Assembly: GCA_937879855.1 (NCBI GenBank)
Contig: CALFMO010000063.1
Coordinates: forward strand, 13,996 to 77,995
Length of the DNA: 64,000 nucleotides
Direction: 5' to 3'
Source of the DNA: an uncultured Acidobacteriaceae bacterium
GTDB taxonomy: Bacteria > Acidobacteriota > Terriglobia > Terriglobales > Acidobacteriaceae
The position numbers and the translations under genes were made by a program. The notes under the pieces were generated by a model. That model saw only the letters and a program-made list of their open reading frames with translations, did no database searches and was not told where the DNA came from. This document shows positions 47,667 through 56,394 of the stretch, piece by piece; positions within the stretch are counted from its first letter, which is position 1; every line of letters starts with the position of its first letter.

Positions 47667-47788
47667 TTTGCCGGTGAGTCTGCTCAGGTATCCCCCTCGT
47701 GCAGTAAGACCTTATGGCTGAACTGCAGATCTTTGTGGATTAGCGTCAGAGGATTATACCTTTCGGCCGACCCGAGCTCATTGTCAAT

Positions 47789-49702
47789 TTATGCAGGAAT
47801 AATAGGAAGGAGGATGTGGGAGGGATAGCGGCGGTCATGATAGATAGTTTGCTTCGCCTTTCGAAGTTCCGCATCCTCGCCAAGCGAATGCCCGGTGTTT
47901 GGATTGCGGTCATAATTGGGGAAGTTGCTGCTGGAGATTTCGACCTGAATTCGATGTCCCTTTTTAAACACATGACTGACCGACATTAAGTCGATGGTGT
48001 ATTCATAGACGGTGCCTGGGGTTATTAATTGTTGTTTTTTGAATGAGGTGCGGTAGCGGGCCCGGACAATTCCGTCGCCAAGAATTCTCGCGTAACCATC
48101 GGGGCCGAGATCATTGAGAATGGCGGTAAAATCGGTGTCGCGAGCGTCGGTGGCGGCGAACAGCGTTACCAGGATTCTGCCCGTGACTTCTACGTCCTGA
48201 TCGAGCGCCGGCGTCGCATATATAAGGATGTCATCGCGATGCTGGATCGCGCGCCGGTCGCGCGCGCCATCAACATCATCCGACAGATAATCCTGCCACG
48301 GCTCGACATTGCCGTAGGTAGGAACTGGATCCTCGGGATCGTAAATGAAGACATCAACGGACTCCGAACCGGGCTCCGCGGTACTCAGTTGACCATCTCC
48401 AAAACGGCTGTTGGCTTTTCCTGAACTGTGAAAGTGATATTTCGTCGCAACGGCCCTGCTGATCGGCCATTGCCTTTCACCCCGCCACTTGTTGTCGCCC
48501 ATGATGAACACGTGCACAGGAGGTTCATCCATGACGCCGTTCGAGATTCCCTTGAGCCAGAAGTCGTACCAGCGTAGCTTCACCGGCTGAAAGTCGGCGT
48601 CGGCCTGGGGACCGAAGTCAATATCTCCGGTCTTTCTGATGTACGCGTTGTGTCTCCACGGCCCAATGATGAGACGATGTTTGTCGCGCAGTTCGGGCGG
48701 GCCGTAGAGCATCATCTCCATGTAGTTATTGATGGTGTCCTGCTGAACCTGGTCATACCAGCCGGTAATATTCAGCGTGGGCACCTTGACCTGGGAATAT
48801 TTCCCCGGCGTCATCTGGTTTACTGCGGGCCACTCGGCCACGCTGAAGCGCCAGTATTCGTCGTGGTCGGAATGATCGAGAAAGTCCTGCCAGAGCTGCA
48901 CCCGCTTGCCAACGAAAGTCTGATCCATCGTACGCAAAGGCAAATGATGATAGATTTTCTCCCAATCGAAAAAGGGACGAAGATCGTCGTTATTCGTATG
49001 ACTTCCGGCCAGTTTGGTCAGGAAAAGGGTGCTGTTTCCCAATTGGAACGCCCCGCCGGGGTAAACATTGTTGTAGTGGTCACCGGGGCTACACTCCGGA
49101 ACCAACGCGGCTAAATAAGGACTTCCAAGATAAGCGCCCATCCACTGCACCATGGCAAGATATGAGGGGCCCTGCATCGCGATCTTTCGCGCCGACCAAG
49201 GGCGCTCGCCTAGCCAGTTAAGGACATCCTGTACGTCTGTTCCTTCAAAGCCGCCTTGCTTCCAATCCTCATGCCAATAAAGATAAGAAGTGCCGCCCGA
49301 GCCGTAGCGGCCGCGCAGGTCGACTCCGGCGAAGGCATATCCACGCGAGGCATAATACTGCGCCTCGGTCGTCACCCAATGGCTGGTGGAATCGTACGGC
49401 GTGTACATCAGGATCACCGGATATTTGCCCGATCTTTTCGGGCGCCAGATGTTTGCCGAGAGTTGGACTCCATCTCGCAGGGGAATCTTGACGTCGAATT
49501 CGAACATCAGGTCGTGCTCAGGTTGGGAAAGCGCTTTTCTCCATGCTGCGTCCGGTTCAAAAAACCACGCTCCCTGAACTGCCCCTTTCTCGGACGGGAC
49601 TTCCGCTTCCAAAGCACCAGTTACGGCCATGGCACTCCCGAGGGCAAGCGAACTCGTTCCCGCCGTTTTCAGAAAGTTTCTGCGCGTCCAATGGCATTGC
49701 AT
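47789..49702 (-). CDS. Tat-signal CocE/NonD family hydrolase, paralog 2
   Basis: The twin-arginine signal is MQCHWTRRNFLKTAGTSSLALGS. The nucleophile elbow is GPSYLA. The C-terminus is HRIQVEISSSNFPNYDRNPNTG. By eye it is about 60 percent identical to the 23590..25584 product over long stretches. Confidence 0.85.
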   Translation of the reverse strand: MQCHWTRRNFLKTAGTSSLALGSAMAVTGALEAEVPSEKGAVQGAWFFEPDAAWRKALSQPEHDLMFEFDVKIPLRDGVQLSANIWRPKRSGKYPVILMYTPYDSTSHWVTTEAQYYASRGYAFAGVDLRGRYGSGGTSYLYWHEDWKQGGFEGTDVQDVLNWLGERPWSARKIAMQGPSYLAMVQWMGAYLGSPYLAALVPECSPGDHYNNVYPGGAFQLGNSTLFLTKLAGSHTNNDDLRPFFDWEKIYHHLPLRTMDQTFVGKRVQLWQDFLDHSDHDEYWRFSVAEWPAVNQMTPGKYSQVKVPTLNITGWYDQVQQDTINNYMEMMLYGPPELRDKHRLIIGPWRHNAYIRKTGDIDFGPQADADFQPVKLRWYDFWLKGISNGVMDEPPVHVFIMGDNKWRGERQWPISRAVATKYHFHSSGKANSRFGDGQLSTAEPGSESVDVFIYDPEDPVPTYGNVEPWQDYLSDDVDGARDRRAIQHRDDILIYATPALDQDVEVTGRILVTLFAATDARDTDFTAILNDLGPDGYARILGDGIVRARYRTSFKKQQLITPGTVYEYTIDLMSVSHVFKKGHRIQVEISSSNFPNYDRNPNTGHSLGEDAELRKAKQTIYHDRRYPSHILLPIIPA

Positions 49703-49906
49703 GGCCGACCTCGCTTAATGTTCAGATTTCCACCAGTAAAGTGTGTTCCTCAATTACAGGCGACCGCCAATGCTGTCAAGCGCAAACGTTTTAATATGGG
49801 AAGAACAGGCTGCTTTATCCGCACAGAGAATTCATCATCAGGAATGGGAATTGCGCGCATTCCGCTTAACGCGATTCTTGGCGCCTGATAATACTGCGCG
49901 CTTAGC

Positions 49907-51034
49907 CTATTCTCGGAGAGGAGCTTCGTCTTTCTGTGGATAGAAGTCCGAGATGTTGTCCGTGGTCAGAACGACATGATCCGTGTGAGTCACAAGAGGA
50001 GGATGTTCTCCTTCGCATATTTTTATAGCCAGCTTAAGCACGCGCATCCCATAACTTTCAGGAAAATAAGCTACGGACGCTCTCAGTGGACCGCCCCGCA
50101 AAATATGGCGACGGCCCTCAGCCGTTCCTCCCTGACCGACCACCACCGAACGGTCCTGCCAACCAGCTTCTCGCAAGGCGCGTGTCGCGCCGATGGCCAG
50201 CGGATCAGAAAAGGCCGCCACCATTAAATAAGGCGCCCGTCGCACCAATTTTTGAATGAAACGTTTGGTTAAGGTATAGCCCTCCTGAGCCGTTACTCCT
50301 GGCGCGGCGAATTCGATCTCGGGCGCGGTCCAGCCTCGCGCTCGCTGACCGAGCGCGTCGAGTAAACCGACCTTGCGAGTGTTCTGCGTCGATCCTAATC
50401 CTTTCGAAGGAATAATAAGGCAGGTGACTGCGCTTCCTCGGGAATGCTTACGCGCAAATCGCAATAAATAGTCGCCGGCGAGCCAACCTGTCTTGTAGCT
50501 GTCGGCGCCGAAATAATAGGCTCCCGGCTGAGGAAAATTGAGCGCAATCGCGGGGACATTGGCGCTGTGGCATTTCGCGGCAATCACGTGGCTCAGCGCT
50601 TCATTGCGCTGATGCTCAATCAATACGTCGATACCTTCACTCAAAAGCTGCTCGGCGTTTGCCAACGCTTTCGAAGGGTTGTCTTCATTGTCAGCGGCAA
50701 TAAGCGCGACTCCAAACTGCCGCGCAGCCGCCACCACGCTTCGCGTTACCTCGCTGGCAAATGTGATTTTTCCGAGAGCGGCATACCCAATTCGTAGTCT
50801 CTTTCGCGAGGGCGCGAGTACATAGCGTCTCTTGCCAGGTGCGCGTGTGACATAACCGCGTTTTGCCAACGTGTACACGAAGCGAAACGCGGAGGTGTAA
50901 GGCAGCTTGGCGCGCTTGGCGATTTCAGTGATCGAGAGTTGCTCCGTGTTGTCGGTAAAGCTCTCCAATACATCGAGGGTTTTGGCCGCAGCTTCTATGA
51001 AATAGCGATTTTTGTCGCCGAACTCAGAGTCCAT
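49907..51034 (-). CDS. hybrid transcriptional regulator: IclR-type winged HTH fused to a LacI/PBP type-I sugar-binding-like domain
   Basis: The N-terminus YFIEAAAKTLDVLESFTDNTEQLSITEIAKRAKLPYTSAFRFVYTLAKRGYVTR matches the IclR-type HTH pattern. The remaining ~290 aa (RIGYAALGKITFASEVTRSVVAAARQFGVALIAADNEDNPSKALANAEQLLSEGIDVLI...VAAFSDPLAIGATRALREAG) look like a periplasmic-binding-protein/LacI C-terminal fold. Confidence 0.7.
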   Translation of the reverse strand: MDSEFGDKNRYFIEAAAKTLDVLESFTDNTEQLSITEIAKRAKLPYTSAFRFVYTLAKRGYVTRAPGKRRYVLAPSRKRLRIGYAALGKITFASEVTRSVVAAARQFGVALIAADNEDNPSKALANAEQLLSEGIDVLIEHQRNEALSHVIAAKCHSANVPAIALNFPQPGAYYFGADSYKTGWLAGDYLLRFARKHSRGSAVTCLIIPSKGLGSTQNTRKVGLLDALGQRARGWTAPEIEFAAPGVTAQEGYTLTKRFIQKLVRRAPYLMVAAFSDPLAIGATRALREAGWQDRSVVVGQGGTAEGRRHILRGGPLRASVAYFPESYGMRVLKLAIKICEGEHPPLVTHTDHVVLTTDNISDFYPQKDEAPLRE

Positions 51035-51064
51035 GCCGTTCTCCCTGCACTGTCATATGGGTAA

Positions 51065-51145
51065 ATTCGCTGAGCGAATATAATACATTCAATATCTGTA
51101 ACGCGAATAGTTTGTCTTGACAGTGGCCAATGCAGAAGATAAGTT
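51065..51145 (+). promoter_or_regulatory. 15-bp perfect palindrome plus candidate promoter of the sarcosine-oxidase-like operon
   Basis: ATTCGC-tga-GCGAAT lies at 51065-51079, and a third GCGAAT half-site at 51104-51109. TTGACA (51117-51122), a 17-nt spacer and TAAGTT (51140-51145) follow. The site lies between the divergent hybrid regulator gene and the oxidase operon. Confidence 0.45.
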
Positions 51146-51191
51146 GCCCAAATTGCAGAGAATGGCGGAGCTGATCCTTCAAGGAGAAAAC

Positions 51192-52355
51192 ATGGCGGAG
51201 ACGGCGGATGCGGTTGTAATCGGTGGCGGAATCCTGGGAGTGAGTACCGCCTATTACTTGGGCAAACTCGGGTTCGGAAAGATTGTGCTGCTTGAAAAAC
51301 AGACGCTCGCCTCCGGTTCCACGGGAAAGTCAGCCGCGGTGGTTCGTTCGTTCTATTCCAATGAAGTGTGCGTTCAGTTGGCCCGGCGAGCAGTAGACAT
51401 GTTTCAGAGCTTCAACGATGAATTGGGCGAGGATATCGGGTTCAAGCGGATCGGCTATATGGTCATCACCGATCAGCCAAAGACAGTCGATCGAGTCCTC
51501 GAACTCCACAAGAAATATGGAATCGTGTCGGCAAAGCTGTCCGCCCAGGAAGTGAAGAAAATGTTACCCCACATGAATGTCGAGGACGTTGTAGCCGCAG
51601 GGTACGAGCCCGATTCAGGCTATGCCGATCCACATTTGACGGTAATGGCACTGGTGCAGAAGGCGCGGGGACTGGGACTAAAAACATTTCAGAAAAGGCA
51701 CGCTGAACGAATCAACGCGAATAACGGCAAGATCATATCCGTTGACACCAACAAGGGTCCGATCTCCACCCCGATAGTTCTAAACGCCGGCGGACCCTGG
51801 GCTTCCCAAGTGCATCCATTCCCTGACATTCCGCTGCCACTTCGGTTGAGCAGGGAGCAGGACAGCGTCATCGAACCGCCGGAAGCATTTCACAACAACC
51901 CGGTAGTGTCGGATGCAATTCTAGGTCAATATTCCCGTTCAGATTCCGGCGGCCGTCTCCTCGCGGGATTGGGATATCCAAAGGAGGAGGAGCCTTGTGA
52001 TCCGGATTACTTCGACGAGCGCTCTGACCAAGACTTTGCCGACAAGTTGGCAGAAAAGCTCGTGCAGCGCTTTCCTTCTTTAGCAACCGCTAAATTTCTG
52101 CACGGCTGGGCTGGAATGTACACCATCACGCCTGATTGGCACCCTATCGTTGGGAAATGCCCGGGAACGGAAGGATATTACCTGGCCGTTGGCGGCAGCG
52201 GGCATTCATTCAAGATCGGACCACCGATTGGTGAATCGCTGGCTGCGATGATTGCCGGAAAAGAACCCCCGATTAACATTTCTGCGTTACGATTTGAAAG
52301 ATTTAAAGAGAATCAGGTGTTCGGTTCAGTCTGGGGCCCGGGCAACCGAGCTTAA
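51192..52355 (+). CDS. FAD-dependent oxidoreductase (DAO family, sarcosine-oxidase-beta-like paralog)
   Basis: ATG 51192 is preceded by AAGGAG. The dinucleotide fold is DAVVIGGGILGVSTAYYLGKLG. The C-terminal GGSGHSFKIGP is typical of the DAO family. It is shorter than and clearly distinct from the canonical beta subunit at 56395. Confidence 0.8.
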   Translation: MAETADAVVIGGGILGVSTAYYLGKLGFGKIVLLEKQTLASGSTGKSAAVVRSFYSNEVCVQLARRAVDMFQSFNDELGEDIGFKRIGYMVITDQPKTVDRVLELHKKYGIVSAKLSAQEVKKMLPHMNVEDVVAAGYEPDSGYADPHLTVMALVQKARGLGLKTFQKRHAERINANNGKIISVDTNKGPISTPIVLNAGGPWASQVHPFPDIPLPLRLSREQDSVIEPPEAFHNNPVVSDAILGQYSRSDSGGRLLAGLGYPKEEEPCDPDYFDERSDQDFADKLAEKLVQRFPSLATAKFLHGWAGMYTITPDWHPIVGKCPGTEGYYLAVGGSGHSFKIGPPIGESLAAMIAGKEPPINISALRFERFKENQVFGSVWGPGNRA

Positions 52356-52510
52356 GGCAACTTCGATTCGGTGGCTTGAGTTATGCCCTCGCCGGCGCTC
52401 GGGAATCAGGTATGAAGTGTCAGAGAAGTGTTTCCGTTAAAGCGGGTTGATCCGCGCAAACTGTTTTATTCAGCTGGCGTGAAAGAGTGCAGTCAAACCA
52501 GGAGAGATTC

Positions 52511-52774
52511 GTGTCTTTTGTAATCCAATGCCCAAATTGCGGATCTCGCAGCGCCTACGAATTTCGGTTCGGAGGTGAAGTGCGCCGGCGTCCTTCACTA
52601 CAGGCGTCGGATGACGAATGGGCCGATTATGTGTACAACCGCGCCAACCTCAATGGTCTTCAACAGGAATGGTGGTATCACCGTGACGGCTGTGGCAAAT
52701 GGTTTATGGCGGAGCGAGATACGACTTGCAATGAAGTGAAGGCCACGTACTGGATTGAAGAACCTGCTCAATGA
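52511..52774 (+). CDS. soxD: sarcosine oxidase delta subunit
   Basis: The Zn-ribbon-like CPNCGSRSAYEFRFGGE is present, followed by EWWYHRDGCGKWF, as in SoxD. GTG 52511 is preceded by AGGAGAG, and an upstream GTG at 52487 is also possible. The stop overlaps the soxA start (ATGA). Confidence 0.8.
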   Translation: MSFVIQCPNCGSRSAYEFRFGGEVRRRPSLQASDDEWADYVYNRANLNGLQQEWWYHRDGCGKWFMAERDTTCNEVKATYWIEEPAQ

Positions 52775-55665
52775 CTACCAAGGGAAAACGTCTTGCCCCG
52801 AAGCCGTCACAGCAGGTCGATCAGTCGCGGGCGGTGAATTTTTACTACGACGGACAGCGGGTGTCGGGGTTGGCAGGGGATACGGTGGCATCGGCTCTTT
52901 TCGCCGAAGGCCGTCGCATATTTTCGCGCAGCTTTAAGTATCATCGGCCCCGCGGACTGCTGTGCTGCTCGGGCGATTGTCCGAATTGCATTATGGAAGT
53001 GGACGGCAAGCCCAATGTGCGGGCGTGTCGCACCGCAATAAAAGATGGCATGCAGGTGTTGTCGCAGCATGCTTGGCCCTCCGTCGATCATGATGCGCTG
53101 CGGATCATCGAAAGCTTCGACCGTTTTCTTCCCATTGGTTTTTACTACAAAGCGTTATACAAGCCTCGCCTGCTTTGGGAAGTTGCCGAACCCATCATTC
53201 GTCGACTCGCAGGAATGGGGAGGGTCCGAGACGGCGAATGCGGACACATCGAATACGAATACCAGTATGAATTTGTCGATGTCCTCGTGGTTGGCGGAGG
53301 TCCCGCGGGAATGGAAGCCGCGCTCACTGCGGCCGAAGCGGGCAATTCGGTGTTGCTGGTTGACAATGAGACTCGGTTGGGCGGCCACCTGCTGTACGAG
53401 GCCAGAACCTACAGTTATCAGTCCATTGACCGACCGGGCTATGAAATAGCAGATCTCCTGGAATCAGCCTTGCGCGCACAACCGAAAGTGCGGGTGCTGT
53501 CCGGGGCGACTGCGTTCGGCGGCTACGAGGGCAATCTTGTTCCCGTGCTTCACGGCGAAACGCTCATTCATGTGCGGTATAAGAGCCTGGTGCTGGCAAC
53601 CGGCTGTCACCAATACCCATCCGTATTCCGCAACAATGATCTGCCTGGCGTGATGCTTTCGCGCGCGGCATTGCGCTTGATCAACTTGTTTGGATTGCTT
53701 CCTGGCAGCAAGGCAGTGGTTGCCACTTCCAATGATGAAGGCTACTTTGCCGCTCTGGAATGCTCGCGCGCAGGTATGACGATTGCAGCCCTCGTGGATG
53801 CAAGGCCCTCCCCCTCGACTCTGCCGCTGCAAGCGGCGGAATTGAAATCTGCCGGAGTCCCCATTTTCACTGGAATGACGATTCACGAGGCGCATGGCTC
53901 GGGCGCGGTTGTAGCGGCGACTATACGAGCGGCGGAAGGCAGTCCCGCTTCCACTGAACGTACCATTCCCTGCGATGCCATTCTGCTATCGACTTCCTGG
54001 CATGGGAACTCAGCCCTATTGCTTCAACTCGGGTGTCAGCTTGGTCTCGATAAGGAAATTGGCCAGCCAATTCCCAACAAAATGGCCGCCGGCATATTCG
54101 CAGCCGGAGAAGTTCTGGGATTGCGTTCGCTGCCCACGATACTCGAATCCGGGCGTTTGAGCGGCAGCGGGGCCCGGCAACACGTTCGGCAGCAAAGCTC
54201 AAATTGGTGGGAGGAATCGCAGAGGCTGCTCTCCCAAACCCGCCAAGAGTCGAAAGCGTTCTCCATTCCGGCAACCACGGATCAGAAGAAAAATTTCGTC
54301 TGTCTCTGCGAAGACGTTGTCGAAAAAGACTTAAGACAGGGCGTTACAGAAGGCTTCGACGAAATCGAAACTTTGAAGCGCTACAGCACAGTTTCAATGG
54401 GGCCGTGCCAGGGCCGCATGTGTTCTCGCAGTTCTACCGAGATATGCGGCCTAGCGACGGAGCGCGATTTTGGAGCTGTTGGCACCACCACGGCCCGCCC
54501 TCCTATTCACCCCATTCCCCTCGGAGTCCTCGCCGGTCCGGAGTTCCATCCCGTCAAGTACACGAGCATGCATTACAAGCATGCTGCATTAACGAAACAG
54601 TTCCTGGACATGGGCGTGTGGAAGCGGCCCGAAGTCTATTCGTCGGTGGCGGAAGAATACGATGCCGTGCGCAACCGTGTCGGCCTTATCGACGTCAGCA
54701 CTCTCGGTAAACTCGTGGTGAAGGGAAAAGACGCTCCCGCTCTACTCGACAACGTCTACACTCATTGGTTTTCCACCCTGAAGCCGGGACGGACCCGTTA
54801 CGGCGTCATCTGCGATGAGGCTGGAATCATTTTGGATGATGGCACGGTAGCACGACTCGCGCCCGACCATTATTACGTTACGACTTCCAGCGGAAACGTA
54901 GACGTTATCGAGCAATGGATGAAATGGTTGTCAACAGGGACCGGGTGGTGCGTTCACGTGGTGAATATCACATCGGGAATCGCCGCCGTGAATCTTGCCG
55001 GACCTGAGGCCCGAGGCGTTCTAAGCAAGCTTACCGATGTCGACGTTTCTGCAGCGGCGTTCCCCTACATGGCATGTCGCGAAGGCAATGTGGCCGGCGT
55101 GCCGGCAATTTTGCTTCGGGTGGGTTTCGTGGGTGAGACCGGGTGGGAAATTCATTTTCCCGCGGAATACGGTGAGTACCTGTGGGACGAGTTGTTGGAA
55201 GCCGGGGCCGCTGCGGACATTCGTCCATTCGGAGTCGAGACGCAGAGGCTGCTGAGATTGGAAAAAAAGCACATCATCGTCGGCCAGGATACAGATGCTC
55301 TTGCGAATCCCTACGATTGCGACATGAGTTGGGTGGTGAAGCTCGATAAGCCTGATTTTATCGGGCGGTATGCGCTCGAAAACATGAAGGATCAGGTCGG
55401 TCAGAACCGGTTGGTCGGCTTCCATTCACCCGGTGAAGGGCAGCCCGACGACGGCAATGCAATTGTCATCAATGGAAAGCTAGCTGGTCGGGTAACCAGC
55501 GTTCGTTTCAGCCCCCTGCTCAAGAAATACATTGGATTAGCCTGGGTGCCTGCGAACGATGCCAAGCCGGGGGCAGCTTTTAGCATTTATGCAAATGGGA
55601 AGGTCCATTCAGCGGTCGTCGTAGAAAAACCCTTTTACGACCCCGAAGGGAAAAGGTTGAAATGA
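52771..55665 (+). CDS. soxA: sarcosine oxidase alpha subunit (2Fe-2S-like N-terminus, FAD/NAD fold, C-terminal GcvT-like folate-binding domain)
   Basis: The product is 964 aa. The N-terminus is FYYDGQRVSGLAGDTVASALFAEGRRIFSRSFKYHRPRGLLCCSGDCPNC. The dinucleotide fold is VLVVGGGPAGMEAAL. The C-terminal aminomethyltransferase-like region is VGLIDVSTLGKLVVKG...GWEIHFPAEYGEYLW. Confidence 0.9.
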   Translation: MTTKGKRLAPKPSQQVDQSRAVNFYYDGQRVSGLAGDTVASALFAEGRRIFSRSFKYHRPRGLLCCSGDCPNCIMEVDGKPNVRACRTAIKDGMQVLSQHAWPSVDHDALRIIESFDRFLPIGFYYKALYKPRLLWEVAEPIIRRLAGMGRVRDGECGHIEYEYQYEFVDVLVVGGGPAGMEAALTAAEAGNSVLLVDNETRLGGHLLYEARTYSYQSIDRPGYEIADLLESALRAQPKVRVLSGATAFGGYEGNLVPVLHGETLIHVRYKSLVLATGCHQYPSVFRNNDLPGVMLSRAALRLINLFGLLPGSKAVVATSNDEGYFAALECSRAGMTIAALVDARPSPSTLPLQAAELKSAGVPIFTGMTIHEAHGSGAVVAATIRAAEGSPASTERTIPCDAILLSTSWHGNSALLLQLGCQLGLDKEIGQPIPNKMAAGIFAAGEVLGLRSLPTILESGRLSGSGARQHVRQQSSNWWEESQRLLSQTRQESKAFSIPATTDQKKNFVCLCEDVVEKDLRQGVTEGFDEIETLKRYSTVSMGPCQGRMCSRSSTEICGLATERDFGAVGTTTARPPIHPIPLGVLAGPEFHPVKYTSMHYKHAALTKQFLDMGVWKRPEVYSSVAEEYDAVRNRVGLIDVSTLGKLVVKGKDAPALLDNVYTHWFSTLKPGRTRYGVICDEAGIILDDGTVARLAPDHYYVTTSSGNVDVIEQWMKWLSTGTGWCVHVVNITSGIAAVNLAGPEARGVLSKLTDVDVSAAAFPYMACREGNVAGVPAILLRVGFVGETGWEIHFPAEYGEYLWDELLEAGAAADIRPFGVETQRLLRLEKKHIIVGQDTDALANPYDCDMSWVVKLDKPDFIGRYALENMKDQVGQNRLVGFHSPGEGQPDDGNAIVINGKLAGRVTSVRFSPLLKKYIGLAWVPANDAKPGAAFSIYANGKVHSAVVVEKPFYDPEGKRLK

Positions 55666-56384
55666 AGACACCATATAGGCTCACTCCTATGCATGCCTGG
55701 CACACACAGAATGGAGCACAGACCTCGGTGCTGGACGGCTGGGTGCGAGTTTTGGCCTATGGTGATTCGCAGGCGGAAATTCAAACCTGCCGTGGCGACG
55801 TCGGTATTTGCGATGTCTCGCCAATTGTGAAGATCGACGTTCGAGGTAAAAGAAGTGGCGAACTCCTTCAGCAGGTCTCAGGAGTGCCGATGCCAGAAGT
55901 GGGCCACTGTGCGTCGTTTACAGAGAAGGGCTACTCCAAGCCCATGTATGTTGCTCGTCTTGCTAAAGATAAGTACCTCGTGTTAGCCAAGGCAGGGCTG
56001 CGGGAACAGCTTTACAGAACCCTGGCGGACGAAGCTCTGGAGCATGGATGCGCCCACATAAATGACGTAACCTCAGCTTACGCCGCAGTCCACTTTGTTG
56101 GTCCGATGGCAACGACGCTACTCAAGAAGCTGGGATCGGCTCCCATCGATCACATTCAGCTGGATCGGTGTGTGCAGGCGGCGACCGCTCGTGTGTGGAG
56201 TCTGCTGATTCACCATGAAGCTCGCCAGGGCACCGCGTGGCTGATGCTGGTGTCTCGGGACTTCGGAGAATATGTGTGGGAGTCGGTGCTGGCGGCGGGA
56301 CAAAAATTCGGCATTCGGCCTATTGGGATGTTGGCGGCTCAGGTGATCACCGGCATGGAGGAAGTCGATGTGGCAACTCTTTAG
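55662..56384 (+). CDS. soxG: sarcosine oxidase gamma subunit-like protein
   Basis: The product is 240 aa. The ATGA overlap with the soxA stop indicates translational coupling. The GcvT-fold-like segment is ICDVSPIVKIDVRGK. Position and size fit SoxG, but sequence-level support is weaker than for the other subunits. Confidence 0.6.
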   Translation: MKTPYRLTPMHAWHTQNGAQTSVLDGWVRVLAYGDSQAEIQTCRGDVGICDVSPIVKIDVRGKRSGELLQQVSGVPMPEVGHCASFTEKGYSKPMYVARLAKDKYLVLAKAGLREQLYRTLADEALEHGCAHINDVTSAYAAVHFVGPMATTLLKKLGSAPIDHIQLDRCVQAATARVWSLLIHHEARQGTAWLMLVSRDFGEYVWESVLAAGQKFGIRPIGMLAAQVITGMEEVDVATL

Positions 56385-56394
56385 CCGGGAGAAG

